Shown: piece by piece, positions 39,520-48,210 of the stretch | Layout of the letters: every line of letters starts with the position of its first letter | Numbering within the stretch: the first letter of the stretch is position 1 | Assembly (NCBI RefSeq): GCF_024691275.1 | Contig: NZ_JAILNU010000075.1 | Span: 36,715 to 100,714 of the forward strand | Origin: Ruminococcus sp. | GTDB lineage: Bacteria > Bacillota > Clostridia > Oscillospirales > Ruminococcaceae | DNA length: 64,000 nucleotides | Reading direction: 5' to 3' | Program-made: the position numbers and the translations under genes | Notes under the pieces: model-generated | The model's database searches: none | What the model saw: the letters and a program-made list of their open reading frames with translations, nothing else | Told to the model about the DNA's origin: nothing

Positions 39520-39541
39520 ATATATAGTATGAGGTGATAGA

Positions 39542-39964
39542 ATGTACAGGCTCAAAACATCTGCTGAGTTTGACAGTGCCCATTTCCTTGCGGGATATAA
39601 GGGGAAATGTGCCAATATCCACGGACACCGCTGGAAGACAGAGGTCATCGTGGAAAGTCCCGAGCTTATCGCTGACGGCGAAAAGCGTGGAATGATAATA
39701 GATTTCGGCGACCTTAAACGTGAGGTAAGAGCTCTTGCCGACAGCTTTGACCACGCACTTATATATGAGAATGGCTCGCTGCGTGAGACAACTCTTGCAG
39801 CTCTCCGCGACGAAGACTTCCGCTTGATCGAAGTGGAGTTCCGCCCCACTGCCGAGAACTTTGCAAAGCATTTCTTCGGAGTGCTCAGAGAAAGCGGACT
39901 TCCCGTGAAAAGCGTCACGGTATACGAGACACCCGAAAACTGCGCAGTATATGAGGAGGATTGA
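39542..39964 (+). CDS. queD: 6-carboxy-5,6,7,8-tetrahydropterin synthase
   Basis: SAHFL...CANIHGHRW motif. ~140 aa. Lies in the que operon. Confidence 0.9.
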   Translation: MYRLKTSAEFDSAHFLAGYKGKCANIHGHRWKTEVIVESPELIADGEKRGMIIDFGDLKREVRALADSFDHALIYENGSLRETTLAALRDEDFRLIEVEFRPTAENFAKHFFGVLRESGLPVKSVTVYETPENCAVYEED

Positions 39965-39966
39965 AT

Positions 39967-40626
39967 ATGTTTCCTGTAGTTGAAAAATTCGTGAGCATTA
40001 ACGGCGAGGGCGCACACGCAGGAGAGCTTGCAGCTTTCATACGTTTCCGCGGCTGCAATCTCAGCTGTTCGTACTGCGATACAAGATGGGCTAACAGCGA
40101 GAATGCTCCTGCTGACTACAAAACTGCGGAGGAGCTTTCGGCATGGGTGGCTGAAACAGGAGTACGCAACGTTACTATTACAGGGGGCGAACCTCTCCTG
40201 AACAGGGATTGCAGCGAGATCATCGCTCTCCTTATGGAGCAGGGCTGCCGCGTGGAAATAGAGACCAACGGCAGTATCAGCCTTGAAAAGCTTGCAGCTT
40301 CTGAGTACCGCCCTGTGTTCACAATGGACTATAAGCTTCCGTCCAGCGGTATGGAGCAGTTCATGTGCAGGGACAATTTCAGACTTCTTGACTGTCATGA
40401 TACGGTAAAATTCGTATCGGGCAGTACCGAAGACCTTGAAAAAGCAGCGGAAATAATCAATACATACAGGCTCGATGAACGCTGCCACGTATACATAAGT
40501 CCTGTTTTCGGTGAGATAGAGCCGTCTGAGATAGTCGATTTCATGGAGGAACGACGTATGAACAATGTCCGTCTGCAATTGCAGCTCCACAAATTTATAT
40601 GGGAACCCACAAGGAGGGGAGTATGA
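39967..40626 (+). CDS. queE: 7-carboxy-7-deazaguanine synthase (radical SAM)
   Basis: INGEG...FIRFRGCNLSCSYCDT cluster motif. ATG 39967 follows GAGGAGGA. Confidence 0.9.
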   Translation: MFPVVEKFVSINGEGAHAGELAAFIRFRGCNLSCSYCDTRWANSENAPADYKTAEELSAWVAETGVRNVTITGGEPLLNRDCSEIIALLMEQGCRVEIETNGSISLEKLAASEYRPVFTMDYKLPSSGMEQFMCRDNFRLLDCHDTVKFVSGSTEDLEKAAEIINTYRLDERCHVYISPVFGEIEPSEIVDFMEERRMNNVRLQLQLHKFIWEPTRRGV

Positions 40627-41195
40627 TGAACAAAGAAGCTATAGAGTACCATATACGCGGACTTATAGAAGCAATAGGCGAAGACCCTGAGCGTGAGGGA
40701 CTGAAAGAAACTCCTGCCCGTGTGGCACGTATGCTGGAGGAGGTGCTGGAGGGTACTGCCTATACCAACCACCAGATAGCGGAAATGTTCGGCAAGACAT
40801 TTGACAACGACAGCAGCACAGATATGGACAGCGCTGTTGTTATGAAAGATATAACGGTGTTCAGCTACTGTGAGCATCACCTTGCACTGATGTACGATAT
40901 GACGGTGAATGTTGCCTATATCCCTCGCGGCAGAGTTCTCGGTCTCAGCAAGATAGCGCGTATCTGCGATATGGCAGCAAAGCGGCTGCAATTGCAGGAG
41001 CGCCTCGGCAGGGATATCGCTGAGATAATCTCGGAAGCCGCAGGTACTCCCGATGTTGGAGTGATGATACGCGGCAGTCACAGCTGCATGACCGCCCGCG
41101 GTATCCGCAATGCCTCCGCTAAAACTGTCACAGGTACATTCATGGGAGCATTCCGCGACCGCACAGAGCTGAAAGAACTCGTAGATTTTGATTGA
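40623..41195 (+). CDS. folE: GTP cyclohydrolase I
   Basis: REGLKETPARVARM and FSYCEHHL motifs. ATGA overlap with the queE stop. Confidence 0.9.
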   Translation: MMNKEAIEYHIRGLIEAIGEDPEREGLKETPARVARMLEEVLEGTAYTNHQIAEMFGKTFDNDSSTDMDSAVVMKDITVFSYCEHHLALMYDMTVNVAYIPRGRVLGLSKIARICDMAAKRLQLQERLGRDIAEIISEAAGTPDVGVMIRGSHSCMTARGIRNASAKTVTGTFMGAFRDRTELKELVDFD

Positions 41196-41205
41196 GGTGA
41201 ATGAT

Positions 41206-41892
41206 ATGAAAGCATTGGTACTATTCAGCGGAGGCGTTGACAGCACGACCTGTCTTGCCATTGCCGCAGATAAATACGGCGCAGACGAAGTGCTTGCGCT
41301 GTCACTTTTTTACGGACAGAAGCACAGCAAGGAGCTTGAAGCAGCTCGTAAGATAGCTGCATACTACGGCGTAAAGCACAAGGAGCTCGATCTTGCTCCC
41401 ATATTTGCGGACAGTGACTGCTCACTGCTTGTTGGCTCTGATGCGGATATCCCGAAGGAGAGCTACGCAGAACAGCTCGAAAAGACTGACGGCAAGCCTG
41501 TTTCCACGTATGTTCCGTTCAGAAACGGACTTTTCCTCGCTTCCGCAGCAAGTATCGCTCTTTCCAACGGCTGCACGGAGATATACTACGGAGCTCACAG
41601 CGACGATGCGGCAGGCAATGCCTATCCCGATTGCAGCAGTGACTTCAACGATGCCATAAATCGCGCTATACACCTCGGAAGCGGCTGCGAACTGAGCGTT
41701 GTCGCACCGTTTATCGGCATGAACAAGGCACAGGTGGTCGCAAAGGGACTTTCCCTCGGAGTGCCTTACGAACTGACATGGAGCTGCTATGAGGGCGGCG
41801 ACAAGCCCTGCGGAGTATGCGGCACCTGCCGTGACAGAATGGCAGCATTTGAAGCAAACGGCATGAAAGACCCTGCTATGAAAGGAGAATAA
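41206..41892 (+). CDS. queC: 7-cyano-7-deazaguanine synthase
   Basis: [15 protein letters not shown]-loop. C-terminal Zn site [15 protein letters not shown]. Confidence 0.92.
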   Translation: MKALVLFSGGVDSTTCLAIAADKYGADEVLALSLFYGQKHSKELEAARKIAAYYGVKHKELDLAPIFADSDCSLLVGSDADIPKESYAEQLEKTDGKPVSTYVPFRNGLFLASAASIALSNGCTEIYYGAHSDDAAGNAYPDCSSDFNDAINRAIHLGSGCELSVVAPFIGMNKAQVVAKGLSLGVPYELTWSCYEGGDKPCGVCGTCRDRMAAFEANGMKDPAMKGE

Positions 41893-41894
41893 CT

Positions 41895-42392
41895 ATGAGC
41901 GGAAGAAACGAAAACGAAAAGGGCGATATCACTTTGCTCGGCAATCAGCACACAAAGTATTCTTCGGACTATGACCCGTCCGTGCTTGAAACTTTTCCGA
42001 ACAAGCACCCCGACAACGATTACTTCGTAAAGTTCAACTGCCCCGAGTTCACAAGTCTTTGTCCTATCACGGGACAGCCTGATTTCGCAACGATATACAT
42101 TTCTTATATCCCAGCCGAGAGAATGGTGGAGAGCAAGTCGCTGAAGCTCTATCTGTTCAGCTTCCGCAATCACGGCGATTTTCACGAGGACTGTGTGAAC
42201 ATAATCATGAAGGATCTGATAAAGCTCATGGATCCAAAGTATATAGAGGTGTGGGGAAAGTTCCTGCCTCGCGGCGGCATCTCCATTGATCCTTACTGCA
42301 ATTACGGCAAGGCAGGTACAAAGTGGGAGCAGCTGGCATGGGAGCGTCTTTCACAGCATGATATGTACCCAGAATCAGTCAATAACAGATAA
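41895..42392 (+). CDS. queF: NADPH-dependent 7-cyano-7-deazaguanine reductase
   Basis: [22 protein letters not shown] and [16 protein letters not shown] motifs. Confidence 0.92.
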   Translation: MSGRNENEKGDITLLGNQHTKYSSDYDPSVLETFPNKHPDNDYFVKFNCPEFTSLCPITGQPDFATIYISYIPAERMVESKSLKLYLFSFRNHGDFHEDCVNIIMKDLIKLMDPKYIEVWGKFLPRGGISIDPYCNYGKAGTKWEQLAWERLSQHDMYPESVNNR

Positions 42393-42397
42393 TAAAA

Positions 42398-42430
42398 ATG
42401 TCAACCCGTTAATACAAAATAGGTTGACAT
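42398..42430. promoter_or_regulatory. BirA-type biotin operator (bioO) upstream of bioB
   Basis: ATGTCAACC, 15-nt spacer, GGTTGACAT. This perfect 9-bp inverted repeat fits the TGTnAACC-N14-16-GGTTnACA BirA box. The right arm contains the bioB -35 hexamer. Confidence 0.65.
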
Positions 42431-42452
42431 TTCTTTTTGCCAGTGGTATAAT
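42424..42452 (+). promoter_or_regulatory. sigma-A promoter of bioB
   Basis: TTGACA (42424-42429), 17-nt spacer, TATAAT (42447-42452). Confidence 0.65.
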
Positions 42453-42485
42453 ACTCTTATCTCAATGAATAAGAGGAGGTATAAA

Positions 42486-43442
42486 ATGGATATGAATAAA
42501 CTTGCCGACGAGATAATCGGCGGCAGACGCATAAAGCGCGGCGAGGAGCTCGGATACTTCATCACCGCCAACCTTGAACAGCTCTGCAAGGGCGCGGACA
42601 GGATACGCAGGCATTTTCACGGAGATCACGCAGACCTTTGCAGCATAATCAACGGCAGGAGCGGCAAATGCTCTGAAAACTGCAAGTTCTGTGCTCAGTC
42701 CGCACATCACTGCACAGGTGTAGAGGAGTACGGTTTCCTCGATAATGATACTATACTTGCGGAGTGCCGCCACAATGAGGAGCGCGGCGTACATCGCTTT
42801 TCAATAGTTACAGCAGGAAAAACTCTCAGCGATGAGGATTTCGCAAAAGCTGCCGATGCCTACAGTCTGCTCAGCAGGGAATGTCATATTGCTCTTTGCG
42901 GCTCACACGGACTTCTCACTCAGGAGCAGTTCGAGAAGCTCCGTGAAGCGGGAGTGAGCAGATACCACTGCAATATCGAGACTTCAAGGCGGAATTTCCC
43001 GAATATATGCACAACTCATACCTACGATGACAAAATAGAGTGTATACGCAGAGCGCAGAAGGCAGGGGTCGAGGTCTGTTCGGGCGGAATAATCGGCATG
43101 GGTGAGACTTGGGAGGACAGGCTGGACATGGCAGTGAGCCTTTCCGAACTGAACGTGAAGTCCATACCGATAAATGCTCTTATGCCAATAAAGGGAACTC
43201 CTCTTGAAAATACCGAGCGTATTACAGAGGACGATATACTTCGTACAATAGCATTTTTCAGGTATATAGTCCCCGAAGCTGACATTCGTCTGGCAGCAGG
43301 AAGGAACCTCATGAAAGACAGCGGCGCAAAGGCGTTTTTATCGGGAGCTGATTCAACTATCACAGGCGATATGCTCACCACATCAGGCAACGATATACGC
43401 GGAGATGTGGATATGCTGAAAGGTATGGGATTTTCGATATAA
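42486..43442 (+). CDS. bioB: biotin synthase
   Basis: Radical-SAM GKCSENCKFCAQS. ~320 aa with BioB-like YHCNIETS and GGIIGMGE blocks. ATG 42486 follows AGGAGG. Confidence 0.88.
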   Translation: MDMNKLADEIIGGRRIKRGEELGYFITANLEQLCKGADRIRRHFHGDHADLCSIINGRSGKCSENCKFCAQSAHHCTGVEEYGFLDNDTILAECRHNEERGVHRFSIVTAGKTLSDEDFAKAADAYSLLSRECHIALCGSHGLLTQEQFEKLREAGVSRYHCNIETSRRNFPNICTTHTYDDKIECIRRAQKAGVEVCSGGIIGMGETWEDRLDMAVSLSELNVKSIPINALMPIKGTPLENTERITEDDILRTIAFFRYIVPEADIRLAAGRNLMKDSGAKAFLSGADSTITGDMLTTSGNDIRGDVDMLKGMGFSI

Positions 43443-43453
43443 CCGCAAAAAGT

Positions 43454-43485
43454 CCCCTCTGAATCTTATCAGAGGGGATATTTTT
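43454..43485. terminator. bidirectional terminator (bioB / anti-sigma gene)
   Basis: CCCCTCTGA / TCAGAGGGG stem followed by a T-run. An A-run lies on the other side. Confidence 0.8.
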
Positions 43486-44698
43486 ATCTTGTGTAATATT
43501 TATCGTACATTTTTTTGGCTGCTTCATAAACTTCGGGAGATGCCTGATAAAGTCTTCTCGTAGCACTGCCGCCGTAAAGACAGTATATAGTATTGTCGTT
43601 AAAGAACCATATATGGTACATTTTGAGGTTATCTTCCTTTATTTCGATATTAAAGATAAAATCAGGGGAAGAATTAAGTATATGATCCGATTCAGCTCCA
43701 TCAGTGCTTGGCAGCTCTTTCGGAGCGTATTCCTGGTCAGAGGCTGTCAGGAACTTTATGAACGCATCAAAGTCTTCATTGCTTAAAGTACGTATTTCGT
43801 CATGCGTATCTGTGTTTTGACATATGATATCAGCTGAAACGGGTGTGTAAAGTTTTAGGAAAAGGTCTGGACTTAAATTGTCATACATTTTTTTTGATTC
43901 TGTTTCAGCCATATCAATAAGCTTTTTTGCGTTTTCTTCACTTATCTGATAATAGTATATGTTATTATTATCTTTTGAGTTTGAAACAATGCCGTTTTCA
44001 TAGATAATGATATAGTATGGATCATCAGATTCGTCATATGGTGTGTATGCGATGTTAAGAGTGTTTCCATTGTAATTAATCATGCGATCGATAATATCGT
44101 AGTCCGACGGCAGTTCTTCATAGTCAAATGAATTCAGAAGATTTATCCATTGAGGGTATCTATTATTGAAATCCGTATGAGTATCATCTTTGTAGTTATA
44201 TAAATTGAATGAAAAACAACTCAGATCACATTCAATGAATGAGTCAGTTATAGGATCATAAAAAGAGTGAGGTTCATTCTCTGTTTCTGATACAGTGACG
44301 GATTCTGTTGGAAGCGTGGTAACATTCTCTGTAGTTGCTTCTGTTGCGGTATTTTCTTCGGTGGGGAGAGTTGTCTCGTTTTCTGTGGATATGGTATGGA
44401 CATTTTTGCGGTTTCTGATAAGCCAAGCACCGCCTGAGACAGCTCCTGCTGTGAGTACAAGAGCAGCAGCGGCAGCGACGAATTTCTGCCATACAGTTTT
44501 TCTGTACTGTTCAACGCCCGATACCTCAATGCCATTTGATCTGGCGTTGGTGTTGGTCTTTTCGTTGTATATCTTTCTGCTGATATCGAACATTCTCTCC
44601 TTTGCACTGTCGGGGACGCTGTTGAATTCGGCGATGCGTTTTATTTCGCTGTCATCTGCATTTTCGAGTATATCGAGATCAAGTTCCATGTCTTTCAT
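43484..44698 (-). CDS. putative anti-sigma factor / single-pass membrane protein with a ~290-aa ectodomain
   Basis: ATGA overlap with the upstream sigma-factor gene. ~80-aa cytoplasmic N-terminus, one TM (FVAAAAALVLTAGAVSGGAWLI), Thr/Glu-rich linker, unassigned C-terminal domain. Confidence 0.5.
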   Translation of the reverse strand: MKDMELDLDILENADDSEIKRIAEFNSVPDSAKERMFDISRKIYNEKTNTNARSNGIEVSGVEQYRKTVWQKFVAAAAALVLTAGAVSGGAWLIRNRKNVHTISTENETTLPTEENTATEATTENVTTLPTESVTVSETENEPHSFYDPITDSFIECDLSCFSFNLYNYKDDTHTDFNNRYPQWINLLNSFDYEELPSDYDIIDRMINYNGNTLNIAYTPYDESDDPYYIIIYENGIVSNSKDNNNIYYYQISEENAKKLIDMAETESKKMYDNLSPDLFLKLYTPVSADIICQNTDTHDEIRTLSNEDFDAFIKFLTASDQEYAPKELPSTDGAESDHILNSSPDFIFNIEIKEDNLKMYHIWFFNDNTIYCLYGGSATRRLYQASPEVYEAAKKMYDKYYTR

Positions 44699-45270
44699 AT
44701 TAAGCCCTCCTTTATTCCCATTGAGCTAAGTTGTTTCCTGAGTTTTTCAAGTGCGCGGCTGCTGCGTACACGTACAGCCTCGGGAGTCATTGATACAAGT
44801 TCAGCTATCTCCTTCGAGCTTCGCATAAAGAAATACTTCTGCATTATTATCGTTGAATCTGGGGTGCCGAGGAGCTCTATACATTTCAGAAGAATGGAGC
44901 GAAGCTCTTTTTTCTCGACAGTTTCAACTGTATTGTCAGGAGCTTTTAGTTCAGCGGTTTCTTCGTCATCAACTGAGACCGTTGCGAGATTATTTTTTGT
45001 GAGCTTTTTGTAAACATCTATAGCTTTTCGTCTTGCAACAGTTCCGATAAAAGCTGATATATTACCGATAGGAGCTTTGTTTTCGTTGTAGTATATGTAT
45101 ACATCGGCGAAAACGTCTCCCACACATTCTTCGATATCCTCAGGTTTTGCGCAGCTGCGGAGTTTACCGTAAACTATAGTATATACATAGCTGAAGTATT
45201 CATCGAACAGAGCTCTCTGAGCCTGTTCAGACGAGCGGTCTGCGTTTTTGCGGAATTCATCTTTGGTCAT
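44695..45270 (-). CDS. sigma-70 family (ECF-like) RNA polymerase sigma factor
   Basis: Region 2-like EDIEECVGDVFADVY. Region 4 HTH SSKEIAELVSMTPEAVRVRSSRALEKLR. Confidence 0.8.
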   Translation of the reverse strand: MTKDEFRKNADRSSEQAQRALFDEYFSYVYTIVYGKLRSCAKPEDIEECVGDVFADVYIYYNENKAPIGNISAFIGTVARRKAIDVYKKLTKNNLATVSVDDEETAELKAPDNTVETVEKKELRSILLKCIELLGTPDSTIIMQKYFFMRSSKEIAELVSMTPEAVRVRSSRALEKLRKQLSSMGIKEGLI

Positions 45271-45441
45271 TATCTATCACCTCGTAAAGTAAAGCTTTTT
45301 CAATGCATTGCGACGGCTTTCATAATATCTATTCCGCAAAAGCATCATAAACGTAACAGGAAAATATATATTTTTTTGTTTTAATCATAGATTTGCGGCG
45401 TTCACCTTGAACTCATTATTTAGAAGGGCGTTTTCTGACAG

Positions 45442-45472
45442 AAAAAGAGCTCCGAGGCGCACCTCAGAGCTC
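45442..45472 (-). terminator. intrinsic terminator of the VanY-like gene
   Basis: On the minus strand, GAGCUCUGAGG / CCUCGGAGCUC form a stem followed by UUUUU. Confidence 0.75.
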
Positions 45473-45487
45473 GTGGAAAAGCATTTA

Positions 45488-46441
45488 TCAGTGATAGTAT
45501 GAGTCTATACCGAAGTATTCCTCAAGAGTAAGACCGCTGTTATGGATAGCGTAAGACATATCAGTACCTACATAGCGGATATGCCATGATTCATACTTAT
45601 AGCCTGTGATGTTCTGCTTGCCCTGCGGGTAACGGAGGATAAATCCATACTCGTGGCAGTGATTCTCGAGCCAGACAGCTTCGGGAGTGCCTATGAAGGA
45701 GTCGTCTATCTGGTTGACATCAATGGCAAGACCCGTCTGATGCTCGGAATATCCTGGACGTGCGGAATATGTATCTGCTGCTGCCTGTCCGTCACGGGCT
45801 ACGTAGTTATTGTATATCTGAGCCTGATAATCGTATGAACGGTAGCCTGATGACAGCCATATGTTGAGACCCTGCTGTGAAGCTGCATTCTGGAGCTTGT
45901 AGAACTGGTTGAGGCAGGTCTGGTCAAGACCTGGAGCAAAGCCGGCAGGGAGGCTGTAGGACTTGTTTGCGATGAGTACGCCCTGAATGTATGTCATGCC
46001 GTCGTAGTTGTATACTGTAGGTGCAGCACCGTAATTGCTGTCGTTCGGTGAAGGAGCTGTGGTGTTGGAAGGAGTATATGACGGAGCAGGTGCGGATTGC
46101 TGCGGCTGTTCCTGCTGCTGAGCTGGCTGCTGAACGGGCTGCTGTGCGGCTGCACCGCCGCCTGCGGGAGCAGCTTCGTTTGACTGAGCAGCTGTTGGTG
46201 CCTGTGTGGGAGTTTCAGCAGTGGTGGTCGCAGTTGTCTCGATATTGGCAGCTGAAGTGGTTGCAGATGCAGCTGCCTTTGTAGTCGAAGTTGTTTCGCT
46301 CTGCACCTTGGCAGTGCCCGATGTTATTTTTGCAGTTGACGCAGAAGGAAGCACGTCAGACTGACCTACGATGTCTTTTCCGCAGCCTGTGCATGAAATG
46401 ACAGCTGCGAGTAATAATGTAATAAATAAACGTCTTTTCAT
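45488..46441 (-). CDS. M15B (VanY-type) D-alanyl-D-alanine carboxypeptidase lipoprotein
   Basis: Lipobox VISCTGC and a Thr/Ala/Gln-rich linker. Motifs SGYRSYDYQ, PGYSEHQTGLAIDV, EYGFILRYPQGK...ESWHIRYVG. Confidence 0.88.
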   Translation of the reverse strand: MKRRLFITLLLAAVISCTGCGKDIVGQSDVLPSASTAKITSGTAKVQSETTSTTKAAASATTSAANIETTATTTAETPTQAPTAAQSNEAAPAGGGAAAQQPVQQPAQQQEQPQQSAPAPSYTPSNTTAPSPNDSNYGAAPTVYNYDGMTYIQGVLIANKSYSLPAGFAPGLDQTCLNQFYKLQNAASQQGLNIWLSSGYRSYDYQAQIYNNYVARDGQAAADTYSARPGYSEHQTGLAIDVNQIDDSFIGTPEAVWLENHCHEYGFILRYPQGKQNITGYKYESWHIRYVGTDMSYAIHNSGLTLEEYFGIDSYYH

Positions 46442-46699
46442 TTTAAAAATCTCCTTTTGGTATGAACTTCAAGTGCTTTCATACCAATAATCGAATCTAA
46501 AAAACAAGGTGTGACATAAAAGAACAACTTTTGAAAAATATTTCTTTCAGCCATTATAGCGTATAAGCGAAGCGTTATGCTATAATGTCCCGATTGCAGG
46601 GAGTAAATCTAAGATTTGCGTATCTGCAAGTTCTTTTGCATTCATTATATCACATTTTGCAGCGATATTCAATTGTCAGGTTGTGAAAAAAATATCCCA

Positions 46700-46728
46700 T
46701 TGAAATAAATATGTTTTTATGATATAAT
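46700..46728 (+). promoter_or_regulatory. sigma-A promoter (extended -10) of the GNAT/kinase pair
   Basis: TTGAAA (46700-46705), 17-nt spacer, TGaTATAAT (46720-46728). Confidence 0.55.
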
Positions 46729-46754
46729 CATAAAAAACACGGCGGAGGTAATTC

Positions 46755-47189
46755 ATGGACTACACGATACACGAAAATACACTGAAAACAGATCGCTTTA
46801 TTGAGCTTTGGGAGTCTGCGGGCTGGGGCAGCCTCGACCGCGAACTCGTTGAAACTTCACTGAAGAACAGCTATGTTACTTTTGAAGTTAGGGACGGCGA
46901 AAAGACTATAGCTATGGCAAGGCTTATCGGTGACGGCGCAATGGCATTCTTTCTGAAAGATCTTGTTGTGCTGCCTGAGTATCAGGGGAAAGGTGTGGGA
47001 AGGCGGCTGCTCACTCATATTGAGGAGTATATCCGCAGTCAGCTTAAAGAGGGATGGTGGTCGTACCTACAGCTTATGAGTGCTAAGGATAAAGAGGAGT
47101 TTTACCTGAAATGCGGCTATAAAGCACACCCCCATGAAAGAAGCGGAGCAGGATTCACAAAAGTACTGATCGGAGGAAAAAATGCCTGA
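46755..47189 (+). CDS. GNAT family N-acetyltransferase
   Basis: LVVLPEYQGKGVGRRLL motif A. Confidence 0.8.
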   Translation: MDYTIHENTLKTDRFIELWESAGWGSLDRELVETSLKNSYVTFEVRDGEKTIAMARLIGDGAMAFFLKDLVVLPEYQGKGVGRRLLTHIEEYIRSQLKEGWWSYLQLMSAKDKEEFYLKCGYKAHPHERSGAGFTKVLIGGKNA

Positions 47190-47655
47190 AATAATTATGA
47201 CTTGCGGCAGGATATGCAGCGGAAAAAGTACCTACGCACAAAAGCTCGGCATGGAGCTCGGTGCAGTGATACTCTCTATCGACGAGCTTATGATATCAAT
47301 TCTCGGAAAGGAAACAGGCGATATGCATGATGAATATGTTCGCCGCAGCGAGAAGTACCTGTACAAAAAAGCCGCAGAGATAGTCTCTGCGGGAACTGAT
47401 GTTATCCTCGACTGGGGATTCTGGACAAGGGAGCAGCGCAGCTTCGCAAGGTGCTTCTTTGCCGAGCGCGGTATCGACTGTCAGCTGCACTATATACACG
47501 TCAGTGATGAGGAGTGGCAGCGGCGTATAGCTCAGCGCAATGCCGAAGTGGAAGCAGGCACGAACGATGCGTACTTCATCGACGAGGGACTTGCGGAAAA
47601 GTTCAGGTCGATATTCCAGATGCCTGACAGATCTGAGGTCGATGTACTTGTTTAA
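47182..47655 (+). CDS. P-loop kinase-like ATP-binding protein (AAA_33 / zeta-CPT-like)
   Basis: Walker A GRICSGKST. ~155 aa. 8-nt overlap with the upstream GNAT gene. Confidence 0.6.
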   Translation: MPEIIMTCGRICSGKSTYAQKLGMELGAVILSIDELMISILGKETGDMHDEYVRRSEKYLYKKAAEIVSAGTDVILDWGFWTREQRSFARCFFAERGIDCQLHYIHVSDEEWQRRIAQRNAEVEAGTNDAYFIDEGLAEKFRSIFQMPDRSEVDVLV

Positions 47656-47667
47656 AATGTTTTGCGT

Positions 47668-48210
47668 TTAATCGCGTTCGATGCAGTAGCACACCTCACC
47701 TGTCGGGAGCTCTCCCTGCTGACGGAAGCGCTCAACATTGTCGGTGATGTGCATTTCTGATTTTTCGAGAACTCGTCCCGACTTTGTGTTCTCAGCGCGG
47801 TGATAGGCTTCGAGCCGCTTGAAATCCGTGCTTTTCATTATCTCGGCGATGACAGCCGAAAGAGCTTCTCCTGCGTAGCCATGCCCCTGAAAAGCTCTGC
47901 CTATGCAGTATTCGATCTCGGCTGTACGTATGTCCTCGTATACTCTGCAAAAGGCTATCTGACCGATGTTCTGACCGCTTTCCTTTTCAATCACAGCCCA
48001 GCGGTAAAAGCTGTCAGAGGCGTAACCGCTCATGTATTTGTCAAGAAGCGCCTGAGCTTCTTCGGCTGTGGGATATGAAGGCTCGCCGTATTCGCTCTGC
48101 ACAGCCTCATCGCCTGCCCAGTTGGTGAGCATATCTTCGAGGTCGTTTTGTGCGAATCTGCGCAGTGTGAGCCGTGGTGTGCTTATGGTTTGTGTGCCGC
48201 AGTGTTTCAT
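47668..48210 (-). CDS. GNAT family N-acetyltransferase (RimJ/RimL-like)
   Basis: RLTLRRF N-terminus and FQGHGYAGEAL motif A. Confidence 0.8.
   Translation of the reverse strand: MKHCGTQTISTPRLTLRRFAQNDLEDMLTNWAGDEAVQSEYGEPSYPTAEEAQALLDKYMSGYASDSFYRWAVIEKESGQNIGQIAFCRVYEDIRTAEIEYCIGRAFQGHGYAGEALSAVIAEIMKSTDFKRLEAYHRAENTKSGRVLEKSEMHITDNVERFRQQGELPTGEVCYCIERD

Noticed and set aside
39334-40590. 418-aa minus-strand ORF, the longest unexplained ORF in the track
   Set aside because: It lies entirely antisense to the que leader, queD and queE, which have unmistakable family motifs. Its translation is Ser/Arg/Cys-rich with no recognisable domain or RBS. It is a shadow ORF.
40395-41261. 288-aa minus-strand ORF
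   Set aside because: Antisense to queE, folE and queC. No motif and no RBS. Shadow ORF.
42398-42439. Reading the ATGTCAACC-N15-GGTTGACAT repeat only as the queF intrinsic terminator
   Set aside because: The 15-nt loop is long for a terminator, and the arms match the BirA box exactly in front of bioB. Operator is the primary call. A secondary terminator role is kept as a hypothesis in the findings.
43484-45270. SigI/RsgI-type cellulosome regulator pair
   Set aside because: The sigma factor is ~190 aa with ECF-like regions 2 and 4, not the ~250-aa SigI type. The partner lacks the RsgI N-terminal domain signature and any recognisable CBM.
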